Under the pieces are notes generated by a model. That model was not told where the DNA came from and did no database searches. It saw only the letters and a program-made list of their open reading frames with translations. Of a stretch of 64,000 nt of DNA, positions 17,902 through 27,830 are shown piece after piece (within the stretch, counting starts at the first letter, position 1; each line of letters begins with the position of its first letter). The stretch spans positions 222,082 through 286,081 of the forward strand of contig JAUIGV010000002.1 of NCBI GenBank assembly GCA_030432565.1. Direction: 5' to 3'. The DNA comes from Verrucomicrobiia bacterium. Its GTDB lineage: Bacteria > Verrucomicrobiota > Verrucomicrobiia > Verrucomicrobiales > Akkermansiaceae. The position numbers were made by a program, and so were the translations under genes.

Positions 17902-20900
17902 TCATTTCTCAACTCCCAACGAGTAGAATCCACGGTTGGAGGAGGACGGTCCGTTTCGTCTCAAGAGAACGCTTTCACTGATGCCGTTCGGATTCGGTGT
18001 GATATTTAGGAGAGACCAGTTTGCGGAATCGTTTTCGTTGAGGTTCAGCTCTTCGCCGAGCCAATTGATCGAGAATTGTGAGTCCGGGATGCCGATGCGG
18101 CGGTGGAATCGTAGCTCGGGATAGCGCAGACCTGCGTCCAATTTGAGGGTCAGCTTGGGCAGGGCTTCTGTCGCGCTGTCTGCGTCACCCAGGCCCAGGG
18201 CATATGCGAAGAACTGCGGCAGGCCATCGAGTCTTCGCGGACGTAAAGGATAGGTGGCGATGTCGAGATGCTCCCATTCGCGGAAGATGACGTCACCCTG
18301 CGAGCTGGTCGTGCCTGAGGCAGAAGCAAGGCCGGCCCGGAGGGTTATGGGCAAGTCGAGAGTGAGAGTCGCCAGATCAGTCCAGATGATCCCATCTGTT
18401 GAAAAGGACGAAGTGAATTGTTTTTCGGTGCGGCTGATTTGAAAATAAACGGGTAGGGCGAGAGCGGTAGCGCCAACAGTGGTGGTGCTGGCTCCACCGT
18501 TTTCGGTTCGGGTTGACAGGAGAAGCTCTCCATCGGGGGTGATGCCAATCATGAGCATGCCGCTGTCCGCCTCTTTGGTCTGGCGGACCATGATTCCGGC
18601 AAAGCCATCGGAAGTCATATTGTCCATCGACTGCACCTTTGCAGACAGGCGTCCATTGCCACAAAAGTTTTTTGAAGCGAAGACAAAGCTATCGTTGATA
18701 GTTGCGAGGCCGGAGCCCCGGGTCCGGGTTTCGTAAAATTCCCAGTGATCATTCATCGAGAAAGTTCCCCCGGCATTTACGCCGTCGAGGTCGACAGTCG
18801 AGCCTCCCGGGGGACTGACCAGTCCTCCACCCAGAACCTGGGTATAGCGGAGCTCCTGGATGAGTTGTGATCGGAGGTCACGCTCGCCGTAGGTGGCGCG
18901 GGTGTCCCCGTAAGTGTCGATGGCCCATTGATCGTAGAGAGCGGCGAGTTCGATCACTTTGTCGGGGTATTGCCAGCGGAGATTATTGGTCTCGGTTCGA
19001 TCCTCTTTGAGATTGAAGAGGCGCCAGGGGCTGCTGCTAAAGGCGACGAGTTTCCAGTCGCCTTGAATGAGACCGAATTCACTTTGGCCGTACTCGAATC
19101 CCCAAAAATTCGGAGCCGGGCGGGAACCGCCTTCGAAGATGGGCAGGAGGCTCGTTCCGTCCATCGGTGGAACGGGAGCGCCATTGTTTTTGGTTAAGGT
19201 GTTGTAGTTGATCCCCGCAATATCAACAAACGTTGCCATGATATCGACGATGTGACCCGGTTGGTCTGTCATGGTTCCGGGAGCAATGGTTTTGGGCCAG
19301 CGGGCGATGAAGGGGGTGCAGATCCCTCCGTTGTGACTCGATTGTTTGTAGTATCGGAAGGGGGTATTGCTGAAGGCAGCCCAAGCAGGACCCATACTCC
19401 AGCGGGAGCTTTGCGAGGACGGACTGGAGGTTCGATCGCTTGTGTTGTCGAAGGCCTGGGCCCCGTTGTCGCCGGTGAAAATCACAAGAGTGTCTTCTGA
19501 GATCCCGGCATTGCTGAGCGCCTGCAGAACCTTGCCAACGTTTTGGTCAACGGAATCCATCATCGCGGCGTAGACGGAGCGGCGGTGGTCTTCAGCCTCT
19601 TTTTGGGTGACTGTGAGCGAGTCCCACGCGGGGATATCATCCCGTAGATTGGAGAGCTGCCAGCCGGGGTCAATTAAGCCGAGGGCTTTTTGCTTCTCCC
19701 ATTTCTCCTGACGCATGAGGTCCCAACCATCCATGTAGGATCCGCGGTATTTATGGATCAAGGCGTCGGGAGCCTGAAGCGGAGTGTGGGGTGCATTGAA
19801 GGCGAGATACATAAAAAAGGGTTGGTCTCCGTGGTTGGTCACGGCGTCTTCGATGAAGGCGACCGCATTGTCACCGAGTCCGTCGGTCATGTAGTAGCCG
19901 GGAGGAAAAGTTGTTTGGTTACTACTGGTCGTTCCGTTGGTGAAGTAGGAATCCGGGTAGGCGGAGACGAAGTTGTTTGGTTCCCTGGTATCTCTCTTGA
20001 CGGAGTTGATTGTGATGTTGGCAGGAAAGTAGTTGGAGGAACCGCCATAAAATCCGTAGAAGTTATCAAAGCCTTGCATGACCGGGGTGAGGGCTCCGGT
20101 GCCGAGGTGCCATTTTCCGACCGCGTAGTTTCGGTAGTTTGCCATACCCAGGGCTTCGGCAAGGGTGGCTCCACCGGTGGCGTTCAAGCCCCGGCCGTGG
20201 TAGAGTCCGGTCATGATGGCGGCGCGTGAAGGCTCGCATTTTGCGTTGTTGTAAAACTGTCGAAAAGTGATGCCGCTTGCAGCGAGACTGTCGATATGCG
20301 GAGTGTCGATTTCGCCTCCATAACAACCAAGATCGGAGTAACCCATGTCGTCGACCAGGATGTAAATAATGTTAGGTCCGTCACTGACGGGCGGAGCCTT
20401 GACAGGCAGGACATCCGTCAGGCTGGGCCCGAATCGGATTTCGTCAAAGATCGCGGTTTGAGAATCACCAATTGAGATCTGGTTCAGGTTGGTTTGATCC
20501 AGGTCGATTTCAATGGTCGCAAAGGGTGCCCCGGGAGGAGTCTCCGGATTGTCGAGGAGGTATAATCTCAGGATGTCATTCGTGCCATTGGCCTTCCAGT
20601 CCACTCGGCCCAGGAGCAAATTGGTGCCATTGCCAACGCTGGTGGAATTTTGCTGGATCAGCACCCCCCCGTCGTATGCGACCGCCTGGATCCGCATGTT
20701 GCCGAAGCTATTCCCGCCTCCCGTGCCTGCGAAGCCAACTCCAATGGCATTCCCCGTGCCTTGAATTGGAGCTGCGGCATTTCCAGACCCACCGGTCAGA
20801 GGGGCGTCGCCAAAGATCAAGGTGCCGTAGGAATTGACAGCAAAGCCCGCACTTCCTGGAACCGGACCGGTCGCGGTCATGAGTGCGCTGAACCAAATCG

Positions 20901-21225
20901 TTGTGTGATCGGTGGTCAGGGCAGTCTGTGCGGAACTGGAGATACGGCGACTGATCGCGCCGTTGCCGATTCGAGTGGGTCTTTGAAGCGCACCGCCGGT
21001 CACTTCCAGATCTCCAAACCGTTGCCCCCCGGTGGTGACGTGATGGTTTGCTCCTCCACTCGTGGACCATGCTCCGTCCCAACCATCTGTCGAGCCCCCC
21101 AGGCCGGAGACCTCGGCGCCCGGCGGGTAATCGAAGCCTTCATAAATGATGGTCTGTGCAGAGACGGGACCGTCTGTGAGGGCAAAAGTGAGGATGGTCT
21201 GCCAGAGGGCGGAATTGATTTTCAT
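17902..21225 (-). CDS. Secreted multi-domain sulfatase (LamG-like N-module, arylsulfatase core, concanavalin-like C-module)
   Basis: The ATG at 21225 gives MKINSALWQTILTFALT (signal peptide). Sulfatase core: NIIYILVDDMGYSDLGCYG, the formylglycine motif CEPSRAAIMTG, and GKWHLG. The flanking modules of about 290 aa (N-terminal) and about 330 aa (C-terminal) are beta-rich. Confidence 0.88.
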   Translation of the reverse strand: MKINSALWQTILTFALTDGPVSAQTIIYEGFDYPPGAEVSGLGGSTDGWDGAWSTSGGANHHVTTGGQRFGDLEVTGGALQRPTRIGNGAISRRISSSAQTALTTDHTTIWFSALMTATGPVPGSAGFAVNSYGTLIFGDAPLTGGSGNAAAPIQGTGNAIGVGFAGTGGGNSFGNMRIQAVAYDGGVLIQQNSTSVGNGTNLLLGRVDWKANGTNDILRLYLLDNPETPPGAPFATIEIDLDQTNLNQISIGDSQTAIFDEIRFGPSLTDVLPVKAPPVSDGPNIIYILVDDMGYSDLGCYGGEIDTPHIDSLAASGITFRQFYNNAKCEPSRAAIMTGLYHGRGLNATGGATLAEALGMANYRNYAVGKWHLGTGALTPVMQGFDNFYGFYGGSSNYFPANITINSVKRDTREPNNFVSAYPDSYFTNGTTSSNQTTFPPGYYMTDGLGDNAVAFIEDAVTNHGDQPFFMYLAFNAPHTPLQAPDALIHKYRGSYMDGWDLMRQEKWEKQKALGLIDPGWQLSNLRDDIPAWDSLTVTQKEAEDHRRSVYAAMMDSVDQNVGKVLQALSNAGISEDTLVIFTGDNGAQAFDNTSDRTSSPSSQSSRWSMGPAWAAFSNTPFRYYKQSSHNGGICTPFIARWPKTIAPGTMTDQPGHIVDIMATFVDIAGINYNTLTKNNGAPVPPMDGTSLLPIFEGGSRPAPNFWGFEYGQSEFGLIQGDWKLVAFSSSPWRLFNLKEDRTETNNLRWQYPDKVIELAALYDQWAIDTYGDTRATYGERDLRSQLIQELRYTQVLGGGLVSPPGGSTVDLDGVNAGGTFSMNDHWEFYETRTRGSGLATINDSFVFASKNFCGNGRLSAKVQSMDNMTSDGFAGIMVRQTKEADSGMLMIGITPDGELLLSTRTENGGASTTTVGATALALPVYFQISRTEKQFTSSFSTDGIIWTDLATLTLDLPITLRAGLASASGTTSSQGDVIFREWEHLDIATYPLRPRRLDGLPQFFAYALGLGDADSATEALPKLTLKLDAGLRYPELRFHRRIGIPDSQFSINWLGEELNLNENDSANWSLLNITPNPNGISESVLLRRNGPSSSNRGFYSLGVEK

Positions 21226-21259
21226 GGAACCGGGATTGTCTTGATGGTGGGGTGTTGAC

Positions 21260-21293
21260 AAAAAAAAGCGACCTCGCTTTGGAGCGAGGCCGC
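21260..21293 (-). terminator. Rho-independent terminator of the PVC dehydrogenase gene
   Basis: On the minus strand, gcggcctcgct-ccaa-agcgaggtcgc is followed by T8 (A8 at 21260-21267 on the plus strand). It begins 35 nt downstream of the stop at 21329. Confidence 0.75.
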
Positions 21294-21328
21294 TGGAGAT
21301 GGTTTTTGACCATCCGAAAGGTTTTCTT

Positions 21329-23650
21329 CTACCTTTTAATCGGGAAATCCTGTTGGGAATACATCTGGCCGGCGGAGCGGTCGGAGGTTGCCTTTCGGAT
21401 TTTGGAGACGGTGGCCTTGGTTACTTGGGGCGCGCGGTTGGTCCAGTTGGCTCGGATGAAGGTGGAGATATCTGCAATATCTCCATCCTTGATCGTTGGG
21501 TTCACTCCGAGCCCGGGCATAAAGGCCTGCGGGGTAAACTTCTTACCATTGACCATGATGGGGCCGGTCAGTCCGTGAAGGAGGATTTTAACAAGACGCT
21601 CCTCGCTTCCGGTGACCCAGTCGGACCCGTCGAGCTGTGGTCCGAGGTTGTCGAGTCCGCCACCGTCCTGTCCGTGGCAACCAATGCAAGCTGCGGTGGT
21701 GCTGTAAAGTTTCTCGCCGCGTTTGAATGAGGCGAGGTGCTCTCCTTTGAGGAGGGTGCTGGGGTCAATCTGCTTCTGGGGGCCACGCTTGGATTCGTCG
21801 AGCCACTTGTCGAAGCCCTTCTCGCTAAAGCGACCTTTGTTCACCTTGTCGAAGAGAACGGCGGTTCGGCCAAGTCCGGAGATGGCGGCCTCACGAACGA
21901 GTAAGATCTTGTGGTGCTTTTTAAGAAGTGCAACCAGAGCCTCGTGGGCAACAGGGCTGGGGGTTGCCGCAAGAACCCGGGCCTTGTAGGGAGCTGTCAT
22001 TGCGGTGGCCTTCGCCTCTGCCGCCGATGATGCCAGCTTGATCAATTCGTTGTCGGGCAACGAGAGCGCTGCGTAGAGTGCACTTGAAACAAGCTCCTCA
22101 TTCTTGGAAGCGAGTGCCCCGACGAGGTGCCCGGCCTTCAAAGCGCCGAGGCCTTCCAGCGTCCAGATCAAATGAATATGGGGCAGATCCTTCGCTGCGC
22201 CGGTGGCGAGAGCTGCGATGATGGGCTTGGGATCGGCCTTGCGATCGATAAGTTCCTTTTGAGCAAGGTCGCGAACGGCTCCGATGGGGCTGTCCAAATC
22301 CTTGATGAGTTCCGTCTCAGAGGCTTTTGAGAGATCCGCAACCGTTGCGAGAGGCTTGTTGGCTGAGCGGATCCGATAGATCCGGCCGTGTCCGTAGCCC
22401 GGTCCTTCCAGTCCCCGGCTCAAGGTCTGCTCGCGCAGATAGGTGGTCATGTAGGTCTTGTGCTGAATGATGCCGTGATACATGTCCAAAAGGTAAAGCG
22501 AACCATCCGGTGCGTTGTAAATGTTTACCGGACGGAAGCGCTCGTCGGTCGAAGTCAGAAAATCGCGCTTTTTGAGAGGATGGGACCCTTTGAGATTTCC
22601 GTCCTTGGCTTCAACGCCAATCATTTTGACGAGTTGGGCAGCCGACTCGCAGACAAAGGCGTTCCCGTTGACCGATTCAGGGAGGTTGTTGCCACGGTAA
22701 ATGACCGGGCCGCAAGCGCCGGTCGCGTTGGTGAGTTTGAAGGTCTTTGGGTCAATGGTGTTTGATCCGTAGCCGTTGTGCGAGGAGATGTAGGCGCGGT
22801 TCAGGCCGGGAGTGACGCGACCCGGGAAGACCGCATTGGATCCAACCCGCTCGGTGGTTTTGGCCTTGATCTTGACCGACTTGTTTCCATCAAGAAGGTT
22901 GGGCAGAACCCGATCCCCGATGAGGAGGGTGCTGTTTGAGTTGTGGAAAAGGCGCCCGAAGTTGTCGCGGGTGATGCCCCACTGTCCTCGGAAAGCGGTG
23001 GACTCCTTGAGAACTTTGTTTTCGCCGGGGATGAATTTGTAGCGGGCGTTTGATTTGGCGTTATAGAGCCAGTTATCAATGCCGGACATGAGCCCGTTGG
23101 TTTTGTGTTCGACGTTGCCGCCGGGAGCAAACTTGTTATCGAGAACCACAGCTTCACCCTTGGGTTTGTCTCCGTCACGTGCGACGAAATAGAGGTTGTT
23201 TTGATCCCCGTAAAGAATCCCGCCGGGAACAAGGGAAATAGCACGGGGGAGAACGATGTTGTCGAGGAAAGTGGTCCGTTTGTCGGCCTTGCCGTCGCCA
23301 TTGGTATCTTCCAAAATGGCAATCCGACCGGTGGGTTTGTCCTCGAGCTTGCCGTCAATGTCGGGCATGTAGCCACGCATTTCGCAGACCCACATCCGAC
23401 CGGAGGGATCGAAGGTCAAGGCGACCGGCTTGTCGACAAGAGGCTCTGCAGCAACAGGCTCGATCACGAATCCCTTCTCGATGGTGAAAGTTTTGAGTGC
23501 TTCGTCGACACTCAGCACGGGAGCGGCGGGGATCAATTCCTCGGGGACAACTTTGCCCATTTTATCGTGTCCCTTCCGATCGCCGTTTTGGGCGATGGCA
23601 GAGGAAAGACCAAGTAGGCCAACTGAGATTCCAATTGCGCAGTGCTTCAT
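21329..23650 (-). CDS. PVC-type putative membrane-bound dehydrogenase with HEAT repeats and a C-terminal heme-c domain
   Basis: 773 aa with a signal peptide. The N-terminus EALKTFTIEKGFVIEPVAAEPLVDKPVALTFDPSGRMWVCEM fits the beta-propeller dehydrogenase domain. A helical repeat region follows, then CIGCHG (CxxCH) near the C-terminus. Confidence 0.85.
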   Translation of the reverse strand: MKHCAIGISVGLLGLSSAIAQNGDRKGHDKMGKVVPEELIPAAPVLSVDEALKTFTIEKGFVIEPVAAEPLVDKPVALTFDPSGRMWVCEMRGYMPDIDGKLEDKPTGRIAILEDTNGDGKADKRTTFLDNIVLPRAISLVPGGILYGDQNNLYFVARDGDKPKGEAVVLDNKFAPGGNVEHKTNGLMSGIDNWLYNAKSNARYKFIPGENKVLKESTAFRGQWGITRDNFGRLFHNSNSTLLIGDRVLPNLLDGNKSVKIKAKTTERVGSNAVFPGRVTPGLNRAYISSHNGYGSNTIDPKTFKLTNATGACGPVIYRGNNLPESVNGNAFVCESAAQLVKMIGVEAKDGNLKGSHPLKKRDFLTSTDERFRPVNIYNAPDGSLYLLDMYHGIIQHKTYMTTYLREQTLSRGLEGPGYGHGRIYRIRSANKPLATVADLSKASETELIKDLDSPIGAVRDLAQKELIDRKADPKPIIAALATGAAKDLPHIHLIWTLEGLGALKAGHLVGALASKNEELVSSALYAALSLPDNELIKLASSAAEAKATAMTAPYKARVLAATPSPVAHEALVALLKKHHKILLVREAAISGLGRTAVLFDKVNKGRFSEKGFDKWLDESKRGPQKQIDPSTLLKGEHLASFKRGEKLYSTTAACIGCHGQDGGGLDNLGPQLDGSDWVTGSEERLVKILLHGLTGPIMVNGKKFTPQAFMPGLGVNPTIKDGDIADISTFIRANWTNRAPQVTKATVSKIRKATSDRSAGQMYSQQDFPIKR

Positions 23651-23753
23651 ACAGCGACAAATACTCGCTGTAGCGGCGAATACTAACGAAAAAATGTCGA
23701 AAAACCGTGGCTTTGGAGATCGACCAAGGCTCCGGATTGCCCGATAATCAGGA

Positions 23754-24353
23754 ATGAAATTGTTAGTTTTGTGCCTGTTGGGCGCCTCGCTCGCTGCCGG
23801 TCAGTCCCTCTTCGATGGCAAAACCTTGAAAGGGTGGTCGGTTCAGGAAAAAGAGGCATGGATGTGGAAAGTCAAAGACGGGGCTATTGTCGGAGGCTCG
23901 CTCGAAAAAAAGGTTCCTCATAACACCTTCATTACAACCGAAAAGCGTTACAAGGATTTCGAGCTCACCCTGCAGGTCAAGGTCGAGGGGGAAAAGCCCA
24001 ATGCCGGTATTCAGATCCGAAGCGAGCGGATCAAGGATCACCACGAGATGATTGGCTACCAGGCCGATGTGGGGCCCGGTTGGTGGGGGAAGCTTTACGA
24101 TGAGTCACGACGTCGCAAGGTCATGGGAAATTGGGTTTCCAAGGAAGCCGCAAAAGCCGCCAGAGAGGGCTGGAACGATTACAAAATCCGGTGCGAAGGA
24201 AAGAGGATCCGGCTTTGGATCAATGACATCCTGACCTGCGACTATACTGAGAAGGATGAGTCGATTCCTTTGGAGGGCTACATCGCGTTACAGGCTCACA
24301 GCGGGCCGCCGTTTGAGGCAAGCTATCGCAAGATCGTGATTAAGGAGCTCTAG
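23754..24353 (+). CDS. DUF1080 (3-keto-disaccharide hydrolase-like) secreted protein
   Basis: 199 aa with a signal peptide. LFDGKTLKGWS...WKVKDGAIVGG...GYIALQAHSGPPFEASYRKIVIKEL. Confidence 0.85.
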   Translation: MKLLVLCLLGASLAAGQSLFDGKTLKGWSVQEKEAWMWKVKDGAIVGGSLEKKVPHNTFITTEKRYKDFELTLQVKVEGEKPNAGIQIRSERIKDHHEMIGYQADVGPGWWGKLYDESRRRKVMGNWVSKEAAKAAREGWNDYKIRCEGKRIRLWINDILTCDYTEKDESIPLEGYIALQAHSGPPFEASYRKIVIKEL

Positions 24354-25234
24354 GAGGTATCATCTGCGCTCCTTTTTCTTTGGTGGAGGACTTTGAAGGC
24401 TCCTCCGGCTCCGTTCACATCATCCGTCCCAAGGAATTCGGCTTGGGTCATGAGGCTGGTCTTTTCCAAACCGATCTCTTTTCCCCAGCGGATGAGTTCG
24501 GAGAAATTGACGTCGAAGGTGAGGTCTTGCTTCCCGGGATTTTGATAGGCTTCGGGAGGAAGAAATCGCATGTGGTGGGCGTAAGCCCGGATCGTTCCCA
24601 GGGGGCGGCGGTGGTAGATTTCATCCGGACCGCCGCCGTAGTCGATCGTTAGGATTTCGCCGGCTTTCATTTGGCTCAGTTCCCTCCGGAACCATTGTTG
24701 GATGGATTCGGCATGCTCGAAGCGGGCCGGGGGATCTCCCAGAAGTGCGGAGTCCGGGAGTTTGTGGCAGGGCCGCCAAATCTCCTCCTTGTTGGGTCCC
24801 AGATAAAGTTCGTCGAGTGCTTGATTGAAAATGCGAACCGGAAAGGCGTCGAAGAATTCGTTGGAGATGATGAGAGCCGAGCCCCGGATGACGGCGAGAG
24901 CTTCTCCGAGGGTCGTGTGCCAGGTCCCTTTGTTCTTCTCCTGCTGCCGCTTGGCGAGGTGGGGAGAAATTTCCACGAAGTGGTAATCCAGCTTGCGGCG
25001 GGCGAAGAATCCCAGTGAGTTGCAAATGTCGTTGGCGAGGGTGCCGTCGCCAGGCCCGAGTTCGATGACGGGGAGATTTTGGCCCTGTCGCTTCCATGCT
25101 GATTCGATCCAGGTAGCGATCTTTTTTGCGAGTAGTTTGGTGAGCTTGGGGGTGGTGGTGAAGTCTCCCCTCGAACCGAGGATGGTGCGCGGGCTGGTGT
25201 AGTACCCATTCGGTCCGTAAAGTGCTTCGGCCAT
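24350..25234 (-). CDS. Class I SAM-dependent methyltransferase, DUF185/MidA (NDUFAF7-like)
   Basis: The track ORF (to 25705) runs out of frame into the upstream gene. The ATG at 25234 gives MAEALYGPNGYYTSP..GDFTTTPKL and the SAM motif IELGPGDGTLANDI. It starts 29 nt after the upstream stop. Confidence 0.8.
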   Translation of the reverse strand: MAEALYGPNGYYTSPRTILGSRGDFTTTPKLTKLLAKKIATWIESAWKRQGQNLPVIELGPGDGTLANDICNSLGFFARRKLDYHFVEISPHLAKRQQEKNKGTWHTTLGEALAVIRGSALIISNEFFDAFPVRIFNQALDELYLGPNKEEIWRPCHKLPDSALLGDPPARFEHAESIQQWFRRELSQMKAGEILTIDYGGGPDEIYHRRPLGTIRAYAHHMRFLPPEAYQNPGKQDLTFDVNFSELIRWGKEIGLEKTSLMTQAEFLGTDDVNGAGGAFKVLHQRKRSADDTS

Positions 25235-25262
25235 AAAGTGGTCGAAGCGGACAATGTCGGAG

Positions 25263-27413
25263 TCAGGAGTTGGCGAGGAGTTCTTCACAGCCCTTGATGT
25301 CGAGCTTGCCCGAAGCCAAGACGGGGATTTCCTCGACCGGAATGATTGTTTTGGGGCACCACAAGGCTGGAAGACCGTCGTCGAGGAGTTTGTAGCGAAG
25401 GTCCAGGTTTTCCTGTTCGATGGCAGGACCGGCGATCGTTGAAAGAAGGGCGATGGCTTCGCCTTTCTTTTCGTCCGGGATACCCACGACGGCGACCTTT
25501 CGCTCCGTTTCGTTATCGAGCCCCCAAACCCGGTTGACGGCGGCTTCCACGGTTTCGTGCGGGACCATTTCTCCGGCGATTTTGGAGAAGCGCGAGAGGC
25601 GGCCTTCAATGAAGAGGAAGCCCTCTTCATCGATGCGACCGACGTCCCCTGATTTAAACCAACCGTTTGCGTCGATGACTTCCTCGGTGACTTCGGGCCG
25701 GTCAAGGTAGCCGTTAAAGATGTTGGCTCCTTTCATCCAGATGATGCCGGATTGATCGATGGTATTGTCCTCGTCGGTCGCCGGGTTGGTGATGCGGACG
25801 GCAAGACCGGGCAGAGGTGGGCCCACAGAGGTGAAGCGCTGTGACGGGATGACGGGAAGGCCGTTTTCGCCGGTGGGATCAGGCAGGTTGACGGTGGCCG
25901 CCGGTGAGGTCTCGGTGAGTCCGTAGCCTTCCATGGGAAGAATGCCGAATTTATCAAGGAAGGACTTGGCGAGGTTTTCCGGGAGTTTTTCGGCTCCGGT
26001 AACCACGATCTTGAGCGAGGAGAGCATGTCGGAGTCGATTCGGCGCATGTAGCCGCGAAGGAAGGTCGGGGTGGCGAGGAGGAGGCTGACCTGATGCTGC
26101 GAGATCAACTCGGCGAGGCGCTTGGTCTCGAGTGGTGAGGGATAAGTGACGAGGTCGAGGCCTTCGATGATGGGGAAAAGAAGGGTCGCCGTGCTTCCGA
26201 AGGAATGGAAAAGCGGAAGGCAACCGAGGAGCTTGGTGTCATGAGGGAGATCGAGCTGGCGCCCAAACTGGCAGACGTTTGCGAGCAGGTTTCGGTGGGT
26301 CAGGGGAACTCCCTTGGGCTCGCCGGAGGAGCCGGAAGTGAAGAGGAGCAGGGCTTCTTCGTCACCTTTTAACTTTCCGATTCCGTGAAGTTTGGCAATG
26401 ACCCGGGCCGGGAGAAGCTTGCCGAGAAGGACCCACTTCACGATCTTCTTTTTAATCTGCGGCAGGATGCGCTCGATGAAAAGGAGGTCGCGGTTGGGCG
26501 GCCACGGGAAGTCTGCGACCTTGCGGACGAAAGGATCGGCAGTGACAAAGCGATCGAGGTCGGCCTGACGGATGGCGGAGCGGACGGCCTCGTGGGAAGC
26601 GGAGAAGTTGAGATTCACCGGCACCTTGTTGGCGAAGAGGACTGCGATGTTGGCAATCATGCCGCCGCGACCGGGAGGGAGAATGACGCCAACGCGCTTT
26701 TTCTTGGTCGCCAGTTTGATTTCCTTGGAAAGAGCGAGAGCGGCGCCGAGGATCTTCTCGAAAGGGAGTTCGGAGTCGTCCGTGCCGTCGTAAAGGCTGT
26801 TCGTGCCGGAGTGCTTTTTGAGACCGTGCAGGACAGCCATGGCGAGTGAGCCTTTGAGGAAATCGCGGCTGGAGAAGGTTTCCTCGGCTGCGGAGAGGAG
26901 TGCTTCGCGGTAGCGGGCGATGGTGGCCTGACCGCGGGGAATGGCTTTGCCAAAATTGAGGATGGCGGAGGGAAGCCTGGCCGGGTTTTCGATCTGGAGC
27001 ATGGTTTCCCCGGGGACCGAGATCTCAAGAGGGACGACGGGAAGTTCCAGCTGGCACAAGGCGCGGAGAATGTCGGACGGAATACAGCAGGAAGTGCCGG
27101 GGCGGCAATTGGTGACGCCCGGGACGAAGATGAGGACGCCCTTGCCTGCGATCTTGGGTTCCAGGTTTTTGCCGACGTCTGGAAGGGATTCGTCATTTTT
27201 GGAAAATGCAGCTCCCTGAAGGCCACTGAGCTGGAGATAGGACTGGAGGTCTTCGGTAAGAGTCCCGGTTTCCTCCACCAGCCAGGTGATCGTCCGACCG
27301 GACAGGCTGGCGGCGAGCTGATTGGCTTGGTGGGCATCGAGCCGGCCGGGCACGATGAGGCATCCGTCTTTCGGGAGACGGTCGAGGGAACGGACCTCAA
27401 TGGGAGTGCTCAT
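25263..27413 (-). CDS. Aas-like acyl-activating enzyme (AMP-binding adenylation domain) with a roughly 230-aa N-terminal extension
   Basis: The ATG at 27413 gives MSTPIEV. Adenylation motifs: LLFTSGSSGEPKGV, MEGYGLTETSP, WFKSGDVG, and the C-terminal VLASGKLD. The N-terminal extension has acyltransferase-like length but no visible HX4D motif. Confidence 0.8.
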   Translation of the reverse strand: MSTPIEVRSLDRLPKDGCLIVPGRLDAHQANQLAASLSGRTITWLVEETGTLTEDLQSYLQLSGLQGAAFSKNDESLPDVGKNLEPKIAGKGVLIFVPGVTNCRPGTSCCIPSDILRALCQLELPVVPLEISVPGETMLQIENPARLPSAILNFGKAIPRGQATIARYREALLSAAEETFSSRDFLKGSLAMAVLHGLKKHSGTNSLYDGTDDSELPFEKILGAALALSKEIKLATKKKRVGVILPPGRGGMIANIAVLFANKVPVNLNFSASHEAVRSAIRQADLDRFVTADPFVRKVADFPWPPNRDLLFIERILPQIKKKIVKWVLLGKLLPARVIAKLHGIGKLKGDEEALLLFTSGSSGEPKGVPLTHRNLLANVCQFGRQLDLPHDTKLLGCLPLFHSFGSTATLLFPIIEGLDLVTYPSPLETKRLAELISQHQVSLLLATPTFLRGYMRRIDSDMLSSLKIVVTGAEKLPENLAKSFLDKFGILPMEGYGLTETSPAATVNLPDPTGENGLPVIPSQRFTSVGPPLPGLAVRITNPATDEDNTIDQSGIIWMKGANIFNGYLDRPEVTEEVIDANGWFKSGDVGRIDEEGFLFIEGRLSRFSKIAGEMVPHETVEAAVNRVWGLDNETERKVAVVGIPDEKKGEAIALLSTIAGPAIEQENLDLRYKLLDDGLPALWCPKTIIPVEEIPVLASGKLDIKGCEELLANS

Positions 27414-27551
27414 GAAATAATAGAGGGCGGTCGGCACCGCCGCAGGAGGAAAGCATGAATTGCCCGAGGTCAAAACGAAAAATGCCCAAGTCCCGCTTTC
27501 AGGCTTTCAGCAGCCCTAACGAGTTGTTAAGCCTTCCGAAACACAATTGAT

Positions 27552-27830
27552 ATGGCAAAAACGAAGGCCGCCAAAGGGCGCTATTGGAGGGCACACCTAC
27601 GCTGTGTGGGAGTGCTCCTTGTGATCTGGTTTGTGACCTCGTTTGGTTGCGGAATTCTCCTGCGCGATTGGCTTGATGAGAACTTTCCGAGCGTGGGGTC
27701 GGCACCCTTCGGATTCTGGATGGCGCAGCAGGGCTCGATCATTTCCTTTGTGCTGATTTTGCTGGGCTACAAATTTTGGATGGAGCGGATTGAGGCGGAT
27801 CTTGAACACGATGAGGAGGAAGTGAAATGA
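27552..27830 (+). CDS. DUF4212 small membrane subunit of a sodium:solute symporter
   Basis: 92 aa with two TM segments. [27 protein letters not shown]...[20 protein letters not shown]. It overlaps the symporter gene by 4 nt. Confidence 0.85.
   Translation: MAKTKAAKGRYWRAHLRCVGVLLVIWFVTSFGCGILLRDWLDENFPSVGSAPFGFWMAQQGSIISFVLILLGYKFWMERIEADLEHDEEEVK

Noticed and set aside
24350-25705. ORF-track models with long 5' extensions: 24350..25705, 60207..61670, 36901..37902, 11975..13597, 41798..42550, 50351..50854 and 50912..51490.
   Set aside because: The extensions run out of frame into the neighbouring gene or into obvious intergenic DNA, and they encode Ser/Pro/Arg-rich junk. Internal ATG or TTG starts give proteins that begin with recognisable N-termini (signal peptides or family motifs) and fit tight operon spacing.
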